From Mayamaea pseudoterrestris (lineage: Eukaryota), in NCBI GenBank assembly GCA_027923505.1, contig BROI01000020.1, positions 372,001 to 436,000 on the forward strand: a DNA stretch of 64,000 bases, in the 5' to 3' direction. Shown here piece by piece: positions 46,594-57,325 of this stretch. The notes beneath the pieces are model-generated. The model made no database searches and was not told where the DNA came from. It worked only from the letters and a program-made list of their open reading frames with translations. The position numbers and the translations under genes were made by a program. Numbering within the stretch: the first letter of the stretch is position 1; each line of letters begins with the position of its first letter.

Positions 46594-48558
46594 TTATGAA
46601 CGTAGCTTACTTCGAGTGCGATCCCTTCGACTGCTGCCGCTACCTGGCGACACCTTCTTGCCCGGCCGCCCGCCGCTTCTTGCTGCAGCACCAGTCTTTT
46701 CCGTCGTCCGCCTTGGCTGAACCTTTTTACTAGCACCGGCGCCGCCAGCCTTGGCAGTTTGTTGCGAGCCACTCAGTCTTCCTCCCGGTAAGTAGTCGCT
46801 TTTCCGACTAGTTAATCCATCCAATGGTTCTCCGTTTTGCACAGCGACTTGAATGGCATTCGCCAGCACCTTGTCTCGCTTGCTCACCAGCGCAGTCACG
46901 CGTCCACCCTCGGCTTGCTGCGACAGCCCGCGGGCCGTACGGCCACTTCGATGCAGATAGTCCAAGGCATTCAGCGGAAAGTCAAACATGACAACGTGCT
47001 CAACCTGCGGTACGTCCAATCCACGCGCCGCCAAGTCGGTGCAGACGAGTATACGCGACGCACCAACACCTTCCATACTGTCGTCACTGTTTCCATTCTT
47101 TGTAGCCGCCGCGCCCTTGCGAAACGTTTGCAAGTTCTCGGCTCGTACGGCGCTGTTCAAATCGCCATGATACGCCAGCGTCTCAATGCGTGCTTCCGCC
47201 AGTGCATACTGCACCGCCTGACACGAGGCGGCCGTGTTGCAAAAGACCAATGTCAGTGCGTTTTCACGTTGCTGCTGCTTGCTTCCCCGACTACCAATGG
47301 CCGCGCCACTGCCGCCGCGACTGCAAACGTCAATCAGTAGACTCAGCTTGTCCGTGGATCCAACATCTACGAAATTGTGCTGCAGCCGCGGCACCGACTT
47401 GTGCAAACCTGGCGCCTTGAGCGTGGGAATGGTGGGTAGTATGACGGTTGGCTCGTCGCGGCCGTTGCGAGAAATACTCGTTGAATTGTTGTTGCGGTAG
47501 TGCTTTTTGGCGTCAACGAGTGCATCCGTGTCGCCAATCAGCTTTTGAATGGCTCGCGTCATGGTGGCCGACGTGAGTACAATGCGCGGCGATCCGTTCC
47601 AATCCTTGTCTGCGTCAATGTTGGTCGTCTTGTGATACAGGATTGGATATAGTACTTGTCGCAACTCGCTCTGAAAGCCTTGCTCCAACATGGTATCCAT
47701 TTCATCCACCACCACGGCTTCCAACTGTCCCAAGTACACATTCTCCGCCTTCCAGTGCTTGAGCAGTCGTCCACTCGTCGCCACGAGTATATCAATGCGC
47801 TTGTGGAGCGCCTTTTTCTGCGCGCCATAGTCTTGACCGCCGTAAATGCCCACGCTGGATAGTTTGAGGGCGTGGCACAGTTGCTTGGTGACACTCAATA
47901 TTTGCGCGGCCAGTTCGCGCGTCGGTGCCAGTATCAGGAGGCGCGGCCGCTGGAAGCGGGGGCCTTGCGACAAAGTATCGTCTTGGGATGGATCGTACTC
48001 GTACTGCTTGAGTGACTGCAGTAGAGGCAATAGATAGGCTAACGTTTTGCCACTTCCAGTGGCGGCAAAGAACGCCAGTGAACTGGATTGATGAAAGAGT
48101 AACTTGGGCAAGACTAGTTGCTGCACATTGGTTGGTGACTCGAGTTGCAGCTCCTGCTGCAGACAGTCGACCAGTTGCGGCCATAGGCCCAAGCGACTCC
48201 AGGAAACTTCGCCCTTGACGCCAGCGTCGTCCGAGGATGACTTGGGCATGCGAAAGGGAGCGCGGGATTTACTCAAGGCGGAGGCGTCGGCGTCGGATGA
48301 TTGTGACGTTGATGATGATGATTCGTCTGTATCTGATGATGATATGGAACTAGCCAGTGATGATTTTAAGAATGGATAGTGTTTTCTCGTTCGTGCCGTT
48401 GTCGTTGCGAATGCATTGGAACGAGTGCTCGAAGAAAAGGCGTTTCGCGTCGTCCGTTTCGCAACGACGCTCAACGACAGGGCAGACATTCGACAGACTG
48501 ACATGATGAGTAGCGAGATGAATGTATATTTGACAGAGTAGCGAAGTATCAGCGCCAT
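46594..48558 (-). CDS. DEAD-box RNA helicase, probably organelle-targeted (start uncertain)
   Basis: Q motif PTNVQ, ATGSGKT, PTRELA, GG, DEMD, SAT, ARGLD, HRSGRTAR. Confidence 0.95.
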   Translation of the reverse strand: MALILRYSVKYTFISLLIMSVCRMSALSLSVVAKRTTRNAFSSSTRSNAFATTTARTRKHYPFLKSSLASSISSSDTDESSSSTSQSSDADASALSKSRAPFRMPKSSSDDAGVKGEVSWSRLGLWPQLVDCLQQELQLESPTNVQQLVLPKLLFHQSSSLAFFAATGSGKTLAYLLPLLQSLKQYEYDPSQDDTLSQGPRFQRPRLLILAPTRELAAQILSVTKQLCHALKLSSVGIYGGQDYGAQKKALHKRIDILVATSGRLLKHWKAENVYLGQLEAVVVDEMDTMLEQGFQSELRQVLYPILYHKTTNIDADKDWNGSPRIVLTSATMTRAIQKLIGDTDALVDAKKHYRNNNSTSISRNGRDEPTVILPTIPTLKAPGLHKSVPRLQHNFVDVGSTDKLSLLIDVCSRGGSGAAIGSRGSKQQQRENALTLVFCNTAASCQAVQYALAEARIETLAYHGDLNSAVRAENLQTFRKGAAATKNGNSDDSMEGVGASRILVCTDLAARGLDVPQVEHVVMFDFPLNALDYLHRSGRTARGLSQQAEGGRVTALVSKRDKVLANAIQVAVQNGEPLDGLTSRKSDYLPGGRLSGSQQTAKAGGAGASKKVQPRRTTEKTGAAARSGGRPGKKVSPGSGSSRRDRTRSKLRS

Positions 48559-48839
48559 GGTGATGGCTGGCTTTAAAGTTTGGCAGTGATGGCTCGATTC
48601 TGCGATGCGGAAAATGGTTGGCTCTTCGACGTGTCGTAGCGGTGATGCAATGAGGGTCGGACCGGTTTTGACATCCAATGCCACCATGGATGCCGATCGG
48701 TCGATCGACGCTTTCATTATTATTTGTCATCACCTGTCACCTTCTGCGACGACAAGTACATCAATCGACAATAACTGAAACAAAGAGTAGTATGATAGCT
48801 TCGCTATACAAAGATTCCTTGCGATTGCCAAGAAGGAGA

Positions 48840-50015
48840 ATGAAAAGCTTCGTGTCGCTCATTTTTCTCCCACTTGTACTCCACGCGTCAAGCCTTGAAC
48901 CCTCAAAGCCTCCTTTTCAATCACTTTCTACTGTATCATACATGCAACTGCGAGGAGGGGCTTTGAACAAGAAGACGTCCGATATTGGTTTTAATCTGTG
49001 GAAGCGAGAACCATTGAACCAGCGAGAGACTACTCGATCGTCGACAACTCATCACCAAGCAGCAGCATTGAAGAGTACTCTGACTGCTCAAACAGCAACA
49101 TCATCAAGAGTTCCATCCTTTCATCTATCATCGAATATACAAACGAAAATCAAGTATACCGCCTTTGCAGCTGCCTCCATTGCCTTACTATACATGATCA
49201 AGATAAATTTTGGTCACTACTTGTCGCCCACCTATTTGCAAGCCAAGACGATTCAAATATTGCGCAACCTGCAACCAAGCGATCCAAACGACCAATGGAA
49301 GGCACTGGTTGTTTACTCGCTCGGCATGGCCTGCTGGGAGTTGTTGGGCTTGTCGACCATTCCCGTCGAAACGGCCGCCGCCATGGTGCTTGGCTGGAAC
49401 GCGCTGCTTGCGAGTGCTTTGGGAAAGTTGCTGGGCGCACTGGCGGCCTACGGATTGGGACGAAGTGTTTTGAGAGAGTGGGCGACGCAGAAACTGAGCA
49501 ACAATGCCTTTTTTCAGCAACTGCAGGATAGTCATCATCATGGTGGCGCTGTTGTTGCTACGAAGCGACCACTAACACTACGTTTGCACAGTCCACCACC
49601 ACCAACACTACCAGACGACGGCCTCGACTTTTTGCGCACACCACTAGCCACTGCCTTTTTGATGAAGTTTTCCTGCTTTCCCGAATTCTTCAAAAACTTT
49701 GGCAGTGCCTTGCTGGCCCCAGTGACGCTCCAGCGGTTCGTGCTTGTGACAGTGCTGCACGGCTGGTCGTACACGGCGCTCTGGACGTTGCTGGGCGTGG
49801 ATAGCGCCAAGCGCATCGAGGCGTCGCAGTTCATGCTGCCGGCGCCGGCGCGCAACTATGTGCTGTCGTCGTGCTTGGGTTTGTCGTTTGTCGTGGGCTT
49901 TGTCGTTTCGCCGGCGCTCATGGCGTGGTGGATTCGAGACTTGAAGACAAGGTCGGCGCTTCAAGCTGGAACGGCAAGAGTCACAAGAACGAATAGTGCG
50001 AGGGGTAGATATTAA
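48840..50015 (+). CDS. VTT/DedA (SNARE-associated Golgi protein) family membrane protein
   Basis: N-terminal signal; TIPVETAAAMVLGW, GALAAYGLGR, FPEFFKNFG; several TM segments. Confidence 0.75.
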   Translation: MKSFVSLIFLPLVLHASSLEPSKPPFQSLSTVSYMQLRGGALNKKTSDIGFNLWKREPLNQRETTRSSTTHHQAAALKSTLTAQTATSSRVPSFHLSSNIQTKIKYTAFAAASIALLYMIKINFGHYLSPTYLQAKTIQILRNLQPSDPNDQWKALVVYSLGMACWELLGLSTIPVETAAAMVLGWNALLASALGKLLGALAAYGLGRSVLREWATQKLSNNAFFQQLQDSHHHGGAVVATKRPLTLRLHSPPPPTLPDDGLDFLRTPLATAFLMKFSCFPEFFKNFGSALLAPVTLQRFVLVTVLHGWSYTALWTLLGVDSAKRIEASQFMLPAPARNYVLSSCLGLSFVVGFVVSPALMAWWIRDLKTRSALQAGTARVTRTNSARGRY

Positions 50016-50179
50016 TCGTGTAGTTATATAAATGGTTAACGTAGCAAAGTTCGTTTGTGTACGTAATTCTTTATTAGAGTAGGTGTTTCTGACAACACTC
50101 GCGCTTCAGGTAATCGTATACAGAAACCATGAACAAAAATGAATGCACTGCTAAACTGCACTCTCCATAACTTTTCATG

Positions 50180-52006
50180 TTAGTTAACGCTCTGGTATCC
50201 AGCCAGTCCATCGCCTAACCGCCCGTGAGATGCGCTTGTCGTTCCGCTTCCATCCAACACTCGATAGTGACTGCATGTTTCCGTTACAATGCGTCTCTTG
50301 ACATCATCCGACATGCCAGGTTCCTTGGCGACGCATCCACAGACAGGTTCATTTTCGAATTGTTCAATCGTATAAAAGTCTCGAAAGCGGACAAACAGCT
50401 CGCCGTAAAAGTTTTTCCAGTCGCTGTGCATGACATTGCCCGACTCGACGGAGAACTTGGTCATTTGCTGCACCGCCTTTTTGATTCCACCAGTTTCAAA
50501 CGCAGCTTGGACTTTTATGTCCGATATTTCCAATCTGCGCATAAAATCTTTCACCGACTGCTGTAATCGCTGGCGCAGCACAGGGTACGCGTCACTCCAT
50601 CGGCTGTAGACAAAATTGGAAACCATGTTTTGCACCCAAAAGGCCTTGCTCATGTCAAACTGCAGCAGCGGCGAAATGACACCATCCTGCGGACCCTTGC
50701 CACTGTATGCTTGCGAAACGCGACGACTCGATGCGTAAATTGGAACGCGTGGTGCGGTACTCGAGTCGTCGCAGGCGAACCAAATCACTGCTGCGAGCGG
50801 AGCTGGCATCCACGGCCGAATAGTTGCAATAAAGTTCCAACCCGTCTTTGGAGTGGCAATGCTTCGTTCATTGTGATACGTTTTGTTTTCGTAGGTCCAT
50901 AGCAGTGGTCGCGGGCGATGCGGACTAGCAAACAAGCCACTTCCAACATCCACCGACGCATCGAGTGGCGTTCCTTCATAGTGCGAACTCATGAGGTCCA
51001 TGGCATCTTCCAACGATAGTTTGCGATACGGCGTAACGTACAGTGGCATGCGCTCGCCCATGTAGTCTTGGCCCGACGCATACGTAAAGTACTTGCTCGA
51101 AAATTCGCCACTGTCATCGGCCACGACCGAAAAGAGCGACCATACCCTGGCTTCACCTTGTCGAACGTTCAAAAAGTTGCGTGGATCATACACATCCGAA
51201 AAGGAAAACGCCAATGGATCCGCGTCGGCATCATACAGTCCATAGTGCACGGCAACAGCTACCACATCATCTGAATACAAGCAGTTGCCGGAATCGTTGC
51301 GCGCAAAGGTGGTGACACGCGCATGGTTGGCGTGCGCTCCCACGCTCCCGTTTGGAATCTGTACCGCCACCCAGACGGCTCCCAGCTTGCCGTACGAGTT
51401 GCCGCGTCCAATGACCTCCATCATCCAGACTTGGCCGGATGCGTCGGCAATGGTAAAGGACTCGCCGCCACTGGCGTAGCCAAAGGTGTCCAGCAAGCTT
51501 GACATGAGGTGAATGGCTTGCGGCGCCGTCTTGGCGTATTGTAGTGTCAAGTAAATGAGCGAGCCGTAGTCGAGCTGGCCCTCGGATTGGTTCCAAGCGA
51601 GTAGCGGATGGCCTCCAAAGGTTGTTTCCGCAATCACCAGTCCGTGTTCATTCGCATTCCCAATCACATTGTAGGTGAGTTTCAAACTGGGATCAATGAG
51701 TGTATCATGCGTTTGAAAGAACTCGACCAAGTCGATCGTTCCAAGTGGTTTGCCAGTGTCCCAGTCAAAGGCTTTGTGGTTCGTTCGATTGCTCGTCGCT
51801 TCCGGAGGGTAGTGATACAAAACACCCATGAGCGTTGGACTGTCGGCGTTGTAGGCAATCATGGCGGAACCATCCTGCGATGCTCCCGGTGTTATCAATA
51901 GATTGGTGCAGGCATGAATCGATGGTGCAAATATGAGGAAAAGGATTATGATGCTGCCAAAGCGCAATGAATTCTTGCTGATGGGGGATGGAACGAGTCG
52001 TGTCAT
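50180..52006 (-). CDS. Peptidase family C69 (Ntn-hydrolase dipeptidase/secernin-like), secreted
   Basis: Signal peptide then A-CTNLLITPGASQDGS...YNADS, NEHGLVIAETTFGG, GESFTIAD, HANHAR. Confidence 0.92.
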   Translation of the reverse strand: MTRLVPSPISKNSLRFGSIIILFLIFAPSIHACTNLLITPGASQDGSAMIAYNADSPTLMGVLYHYPPEATSNRTNHKAFDWDTGKPLGTIDLVEFFQTHDTLIDPSLKLTYNVIGNANEHGLVIAETTFGGHPLLAWNQSEGQLDYGSLIYLTLQYAKTAPQAIHLMSSLLDTFGYASGGESFTIADASGQVWMMEVIGRGNSYGKLGAVWVAVQIPNGSVGAHANHARVTTFARNDSGNCLYSDDVVAVAVHYGLYDADADPLAFSFSDVYDPRNFLNVRQGEARVWSLFSVVADDSGEFSSKYFTYASGQDYMGERMPLYVTPYRKLSLEDAMDLMSSHYEGTPLDASVDVGSGLFASPHRPRPLLWTYENKTYHNERSIATPKTGWNFIATIRPWMPAPLAAVIWFACDDSSTAPRVPIYASSRRVSQAYSGKGPQDGVISPLLQFDMSKAFWVQNMVSNFVYSRWSDAYPVLRQRLQQSVKDFMRRLEISDIKVQAAFETGGIKKAVQQMTKFSVESGNVMHSDWKNFYGELFVRFRDFYTIEQFENEPVCGCVAKEPGMSDDVKRRIVTETCSHYRVLDGSGTTSASHGRLGDGLAGYQSVN

Positions 52007-52297
52007 CACGAAGTTACGAAGGCACAAAGCTTCTTTCAGCTGACCTCTAAAATGAATCCTCTTGGTAAACTAAAGGAATGGCTCGAGAAGAATGATATTG
52101 TAAAACTAGAGATGAAATAGCGCAGGATCTTCTTGATTGCGGCTTGCGAAGTTCGTCGCGCAGTCGCGCAAAGATTTTGTCGTAGCGGTACTGAACGCGA
52201 CATGACAAAACTTCGTTGTCGCCATTCACTGCAGGTACAAGTAGTGCAGCGTTTGCCGCTTTGTTTAGTTACTATCCCTCGTCTCGCTTCTCTGATC

Positions 52298-54121
52298 ATG
52301 ACACTATTCTGTCTAGTATGGCCTGAAGAAAGTGACTTTCGTCATTTTATAGATGTTGAAATCCCGCGAGCGGTACAAAAGAAGCACGAGTGCCAGCGAC
52401 TCGGTGAGGATAGCTCATTGACGTTCGTACTTGATGAATTTTTTGTGACTGGATACTTGGGTCTTGACGAGCAAGGACTGGTAGAGTTGCTACGTTCTCT
52501 ATCGACCGTGCCGTTGGACGCTTTACAAGTCGTTGGTGACGACAAAAGTCCCTATTGCGGCAGTCCTTACGCTTATCGAAAGAGGAAACGCGAAGGCGAT
52601 AACATCTGTCAGTACGACAAGGCACGTTGGATTAGATTGTTTCAGCATATGAGCGGAATACCAACAATGAAAGAAATATCGTTTTACTTGGATAACACGT
52701 ATGATCCAAGATACAAGCTCGATGATATGCTTCAGTTCTTGTCAATGATTGAAACAGTCAAAATTTGGGACGATGAATACTCCCATTGGAATTCTAGGAT
52801 GGAAGAGATTGCCCGAGGTATTAAACATCATCCCACTATTCAAAAAGTTTTTTTGCGCATACACACTATCAAGATGCCCACAATTCTCCCAGCTCTGCAC
52901 ACCATGCCATTGCTTCAAAGTGTCGATCTGGGTGGAGGATTTTCGCATGACGGCGAAGTCTACTTTGAACCTTTTAGGGTTGAACCCAGAGAATCGCTTG
53001 CAATCGCGGATACTTTAGCAAATCAGTCCTTAATGCATATGCACATTGAGAGATTGGACTTTTCTAAAGATACAATGGCGTACCAGATTTTCCGAAACGG
53101 TATTAAAAGTGCAGGAGTATCAAGGCTGGAGCTGGCTGAAATTACACTTCCGGCAGATCGGAATGGAATTAATGCATTCGTGCAAGCCTTGGCAGATTCA
53201 AACCTTCAAATGTTATGTCTTGGCAAGGAGATTACCTTTAAAGCTCAAAGTCTGATTAATGCTGTCACACACTACGAAACCTCAGATTCCGATCCTTCGA
53301 CTGATGACGAAAGTTCAGTTTCCGATTCTGACGATGACAATTCCATTTACAAGGCTTATAAAGAATACAACAGGTATTACGACACCGCAATTGCCAACTA
53401 TATTGACGACACCACAGTTTTAGAATCTAACGACAACGACACTTCTGATTCCTGCGGTGATGCTTTAGTTGCTGCCGCCATATATGACAATATTCTGTCC
53501 CATCCTGACAACAACTTACCAGACTACACTGGCTGTGATGTGGTAGCAAGATTTATTGCAACGCTGGCAAGTAAACTTTCAAAAATGCAGCGACTGGAAG
53601 TGTTGGACTGCGGAGAATATCACAACTGTATATATAGGGAGATGCCAGCCATCTTGGCTGAGGCAGCTATTCGTTGCACTTCTCTTCATGTTTTAAGGCT
53701 TCCAGTGCAAAAATATTCAGCAAGGATGGATGAAGCGCTGGCTGCAAATGTACTGATAAATCCGAACCTGGAAGAAATCGTGGTGAGGTCCGGTGGATTG
53801 CATGGCAGAGGTGCTTTTCACTTTCCAGCCTTGCTGCGAGCGGTAAGACATAGCTTCACCATCAAGCAAATTCATTTGAAAAGCCATGATGAACTTGAAT
53901 ACAGTTTTTGGGATGCGGACATGACAAGGGAGCTAGACGTATTTCTCCGACTCAATCGCAGCGGCCGCGGCAATTTGGATAGTGACCCTGGAAATGTGCG
54001 CAAGTTTGTCAAGATTTTGGACCAAGTAAAAGATGACACATATTGCATCTTTGTCCTCTTGCAGGGAAATCTGTTTGCATTCGGGTCTTATCCTGCCCAT
54101 CCTGCAGCTCGCACGGAGTAG
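52298..54121 (+). CDS. RNI-like leucine-rich repeat protein
   Basis: Repeated LxxLxL motifs, acidic insert, C-terminal LRLNRSGR. Confidence 0.7.
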   Translation: MTLFCLVWPEESDFRHFIDVEIPRAVQKKHECQRLGEDSSLTFVLDEFFVTGYLGLDEQGLVELLRSLSTVPLDALQVVGDDKSPYCGSPYAYRKRKREGDNICQYDKARWIRLFQHMSGIPTMKEISFYLDNTYDPRYKLDDMLQFLSMIETVKIWDDEYSHWNSRMEEIARGIKHHPTIQKVFLRIHTIKMPTILPALHTMPLLQSVDLGGGFSHDGEVYFEPFRVEPRESLAIADTLANQSLMHMHIERLDFSKDTMAYQIFRNGIKSAGVSRLELAEITLPADRNGINAFVQALADSNLQMLCLGKEITFKAQSLINAVTHYETSDSDPSTDDESSVSDSDDDNSIYKAYKEYNRYYDTAIANYIDDTTVLESNDNDTSDSCGDALVAAAIYDNILSHPDNNLPDYTGCDVVARFIATLASKLSKMQRLEVLDCGEYHNCIYREMPAILAEAAIRCTSLHVLRLPVQKYSARMDEALAANVLINPNLEEIVVRSGGLHGRGAFHFPALLRAVRHSFTIKQIHLKSHDELEYSFWDADMTRELDVFLRLNRSGRGNLDSDPGNVRKFVKILDQVKDDTYCIFVLLQGNLFAFGSYPAHPAARTE

Positions 54122-54625
54122 GCACAATATCCGTTATGAGTACAACGCATTGACAATAATATACATAATACAGTAATAGCTCATTGCCTACATTCTTTAC
54201 TCGCCTTGAATGATAGAGTATGTGAAGGCCCGACGGGACATATTATGAGTGGCTCTCTTAGTTCTACTAAGCATCAAAGTACGACTATGCTCGGCAATGT
54301 GAAATCTCATCCGAAAGGTCAGCCAAGAGCTACCGCAGTCAAACACATGCATTTTGCCTTGTAAGCCAGATGAATCGAGGCGTCGGAGCAGAGGACGGAT
54401 CAATTGAGCTTTTAGGTACAAGCTGCAAAATGATATTTATCGTAGAAACTAAAAATATAAGCCGCTATTGAATAACAAACTTGGCGCGCTATAAAGTAAA
54501 TTAAAGTACGACCGCCGCTAAGCAAATCGAGCTCCCTTTTACCAAGAGACCACCAAGCATATTCATATCACTCCTTCATTTCCAAACTCGCCAACATTCA
54601 TTCGCTTCAATAGTCAAAAAAGTAC

Positions 54626-55155
54626 TTAGTTTCCGCTGGAGCGCATCTTCATGTACTCCTCGAATGACGGGGCATCGGGAATGGCCTTGCGTGGGTCCTC
54701 ATGCTGCACCTCCTTGGGAAGGTCGCGGGTGTAGTCCTCTCCTCCCATGGACCATCCGAGCTCGGCGGCGTCTTCCCAGCCAACCTTCTTTCCGGCCATG
54801 CTGGTGGTGAAAGCGGGCTTGGCGGCAGGGCTAAAGGCAGAGGCCGAAGCGACAATGGCGGCGAGGATGATAAGCTTGTTCTGAATTAGTAATAAAGATT
54901 GAAAGTGAATAGTGTGAGACACGAGTGCGAATACAGAGTCAAGCAATCTTCAAGTCATTCAGTCATCGAGAGTGTCAAGCAGGCGCAGCCAAACGGACGA
55001 TGGAATGGATCCAAGCTGATGGCAAGATCCGCTCGACGCTCAACTTGCATCGCTTGACGCGACAATTTCCTGCCACGGCTGCACTCCATTCTCACGCTTC
55101 TCATGAACCACCAGGCATCCATGGATTCCAAGAAGAAGCAGCAGCAACGTACCAT
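54626..55155 (-). CDS. Small plastid-targeted protein; exon 1 is ATG only (55155-55153), exon 2 54880-54626
   Basis: ATG|GTACGT donor and TTCAG acceptor give MNKLIILAAIVASASAFSP (ASAF motif); C-terminus SFEEYMKMR. Confidence 0.75.
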
Positions 55156-55789
55156 GTTGATTGTATAAAGACGACGGATCAAAAGATTGTGGGTCGTTGA
55201 GTTGATGGAGAGGAGAGAGGCACATGCATGATCCATGATGTCGACCGCCCGCATGCAAGTACGTACGTATCACTACTCTCTAGTGGTCGATACCGCGTTC
55301 GACTGTAGTACAAAGAGCAAGAAATTCCGACTTCAATCGCTAAAGAGTCAACTGCAAGTGCATCGGTCGACGAACAAACGCTCACGTCCGTCACCTGACA
55401 CGTCACTCCATGACTCATCGCGACTGAAAAGCACAGCAGGCCAATCCTGTCTCTCCCGCACGTTCATCGTGGACCTTCGGAACCCTTCCACGGAACTTTC
55501 TCGAAGTTTCGAAATCGAATCAGAATTCAGTTGTCGCGATGACGGTGACACCGTCATTGGTTCCATCGAACATGCTTTTCCGTGTGGTTTAGTACCGCAT
55601 CGACTTCCACGTGTAAGCTTGCTGCGTAGACATACGTACAAACTATACTAGTGTCGCTTGCCTGGGAAATGGGAAGCGTCATTGACACCATCCGGCACTA
55701 CGTGGTCACCAAGCAGGTGTTGGTTGCAGTGGGAATCTTGCGCGAGAAACGAGAAGGCTTGCATGCCGCCATTCGAACGCCACACGAGA

Positions 55790-55813
55790 CTCTCTCTCTC
55801 TCTCTCTCTCTCT
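55790..55813. repeat. (CT)n microsatellite
   Basis: About 12 CT units. Confidence 0.9.
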
Positions 55814-56179
55814 TGTCTGCATATACATATAGACCATCAGTCCATTGACTTGATAAGCTCTTTGACTATATTAGTCAGCTAGAAAGTTCATAGCTACCGC
55901 AGCCTCGTCTTACCGACCGAAACCGTTTCCAAAAGCTGCCGGAAGTCGTTACAGCCAGCAACTGCCATCCGATTCTGTCTTTTTGACGGACAAGTCTCGA
56001 AATTACACCGAAAATCGCTGGCTGACGGTCTGCAGAATTCCTCAATTGCCATTATCACTACTGCAAGCAACAATACGAAACAGTACAATTAATCACGATT
56101 GACAATGAAACACCAAGGAAGAATACAAGCATTTCCATGCATGCATACGACTGCCTCCAATCATCGCTCATCTCGTTCC

Positions 56180-57325
56180 ATGGAGATTGGCAAGCGATGC
56201 ACCGTGCTACTGGCCTTGCTGGTGCTGCCGCTGACCACGACGGAAGCGTTTATAGCGACGGCTGCTTCACCGCACCATGTGAATGCAGCAGCAGGCGGCT
56301 CGCACAAGCGCCAACGAAACTACCACCAGCAGCTGTCATCCACAATGGCGCATGAAGCGAGTGGTTTGCTGTCATCCTCGTCTTGCGCGACAGGCTCTTG
56401 CGCGGCAGCAAGTGACAAGGACGCTCGTAAGGACGCTCGTCGGCAAGGAGTGTCTCCGTTTACATCTCTTGGCGCTTGGTTTGCCCTTCCGTCATCATCG
56501 TCCTCATTGCGCAAGAAACAGCGCGACGATTCTCATTCCAATCATCATCATCATCATAAGACTACTTCAAAATCAACAACATACAGCGACTACCAACGCC
56601 GCAAGAATGACTGGGCCCGCAAGTACTGCAGCGTCGACAGCTTGCGCAGCACCTTTGGCAGCAACGCCAACAAGCTCTGGGGCGACTTGGATGCGCCCAC
56701 GGCGCGTCGCCTCTACAAGACGCTTTTACCAAAAGCTCTATTGGATTTATACAAGCTTGGCGTGGAGCCATCCGACTTGGCCCCATTAGCCTATCGGGCG
56801 CGCGTCGCGGCGAAACTGTATGCGCGCGAGCGATGCCAAGTGCCGGCCCGACTGCTGGCGCACTGGTACGACGGCTTTCGCACCTGGCGAAGGTACGGCA
56901 GTTTTGACATGAAAGGCATGACGTACCAGCAAGTGTGGGAAAAGTATTCGCATGCCGTGGCGACCGAGTGCGCGGCTGGTGACACGCCACTGTCGGAGCA
57001 TGATGTCACGGCCATGATTTGCTGCAAGATTTTGGAAAAGTCGTGCACTACCAACGAAATGGTGGATCGCTTGGTGCTGAGTCACGCCAAGGGTGATTTG
57101 GTCGATCAGGCGGATTTGGCGCACTTTACCGACACGTTGGAGCGTGACGTGCGACTCTTGCTCAAGGTGGAGCAGGAGCGAGCCACGGCGCCGTCCAAGC
57201 AACTGGGAGTCAAGCGATTCAAAATGCTCAAGCGCATTGTGCGACTCAAGCAGCAAGTGCGCAAGCAGCCGGCGGCGGCAAACAAGCAGCAGCCAAAGGA
57301 TGTCAAGACCAAGGATTGGGAGTGA
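56180..57325 (+). CDS. Hypothetical protein, probably plastid-targeted
   Basis: Hydrophobic signal ending TEA-F, Ser-rich transit region, globular core (WGDLD...ARRLYKTLLP...YARERC). Confidence 0.8.
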   Translation: MEIGKRCTVLLALLVLPLTTTEAFIATAASPHHVNAAAGGSHKRQRNYHQQLSSTMAHEASGLLSSSSCATGSCAAASDKDARKDARRQGVSPFTSLGAWFALPSSSSSLRKKQRDDSHSNHHHHHKTTSKSTTYSDYQRRKNDWARKYCSVDSLRSTFGSNANKLWGDLDAPTARRLYKTLLPKALLDLYKLGVEPSDLAPLAYRARVAAKLYARERCQVPARLLAHWYDGFRTWRRYGSFDMKGMTYQQVWEKYSHAVATECAAGDTPLSEHDVTAMICCKILEKSCTTNEMVDRLVLSHAKGDLVDQADLAHFTDTLERDVRLLLKVEQERATAPSKQLGVKRFKMLKRIVRLKQQVRKQPAAANKQQPKDVKTKDWE

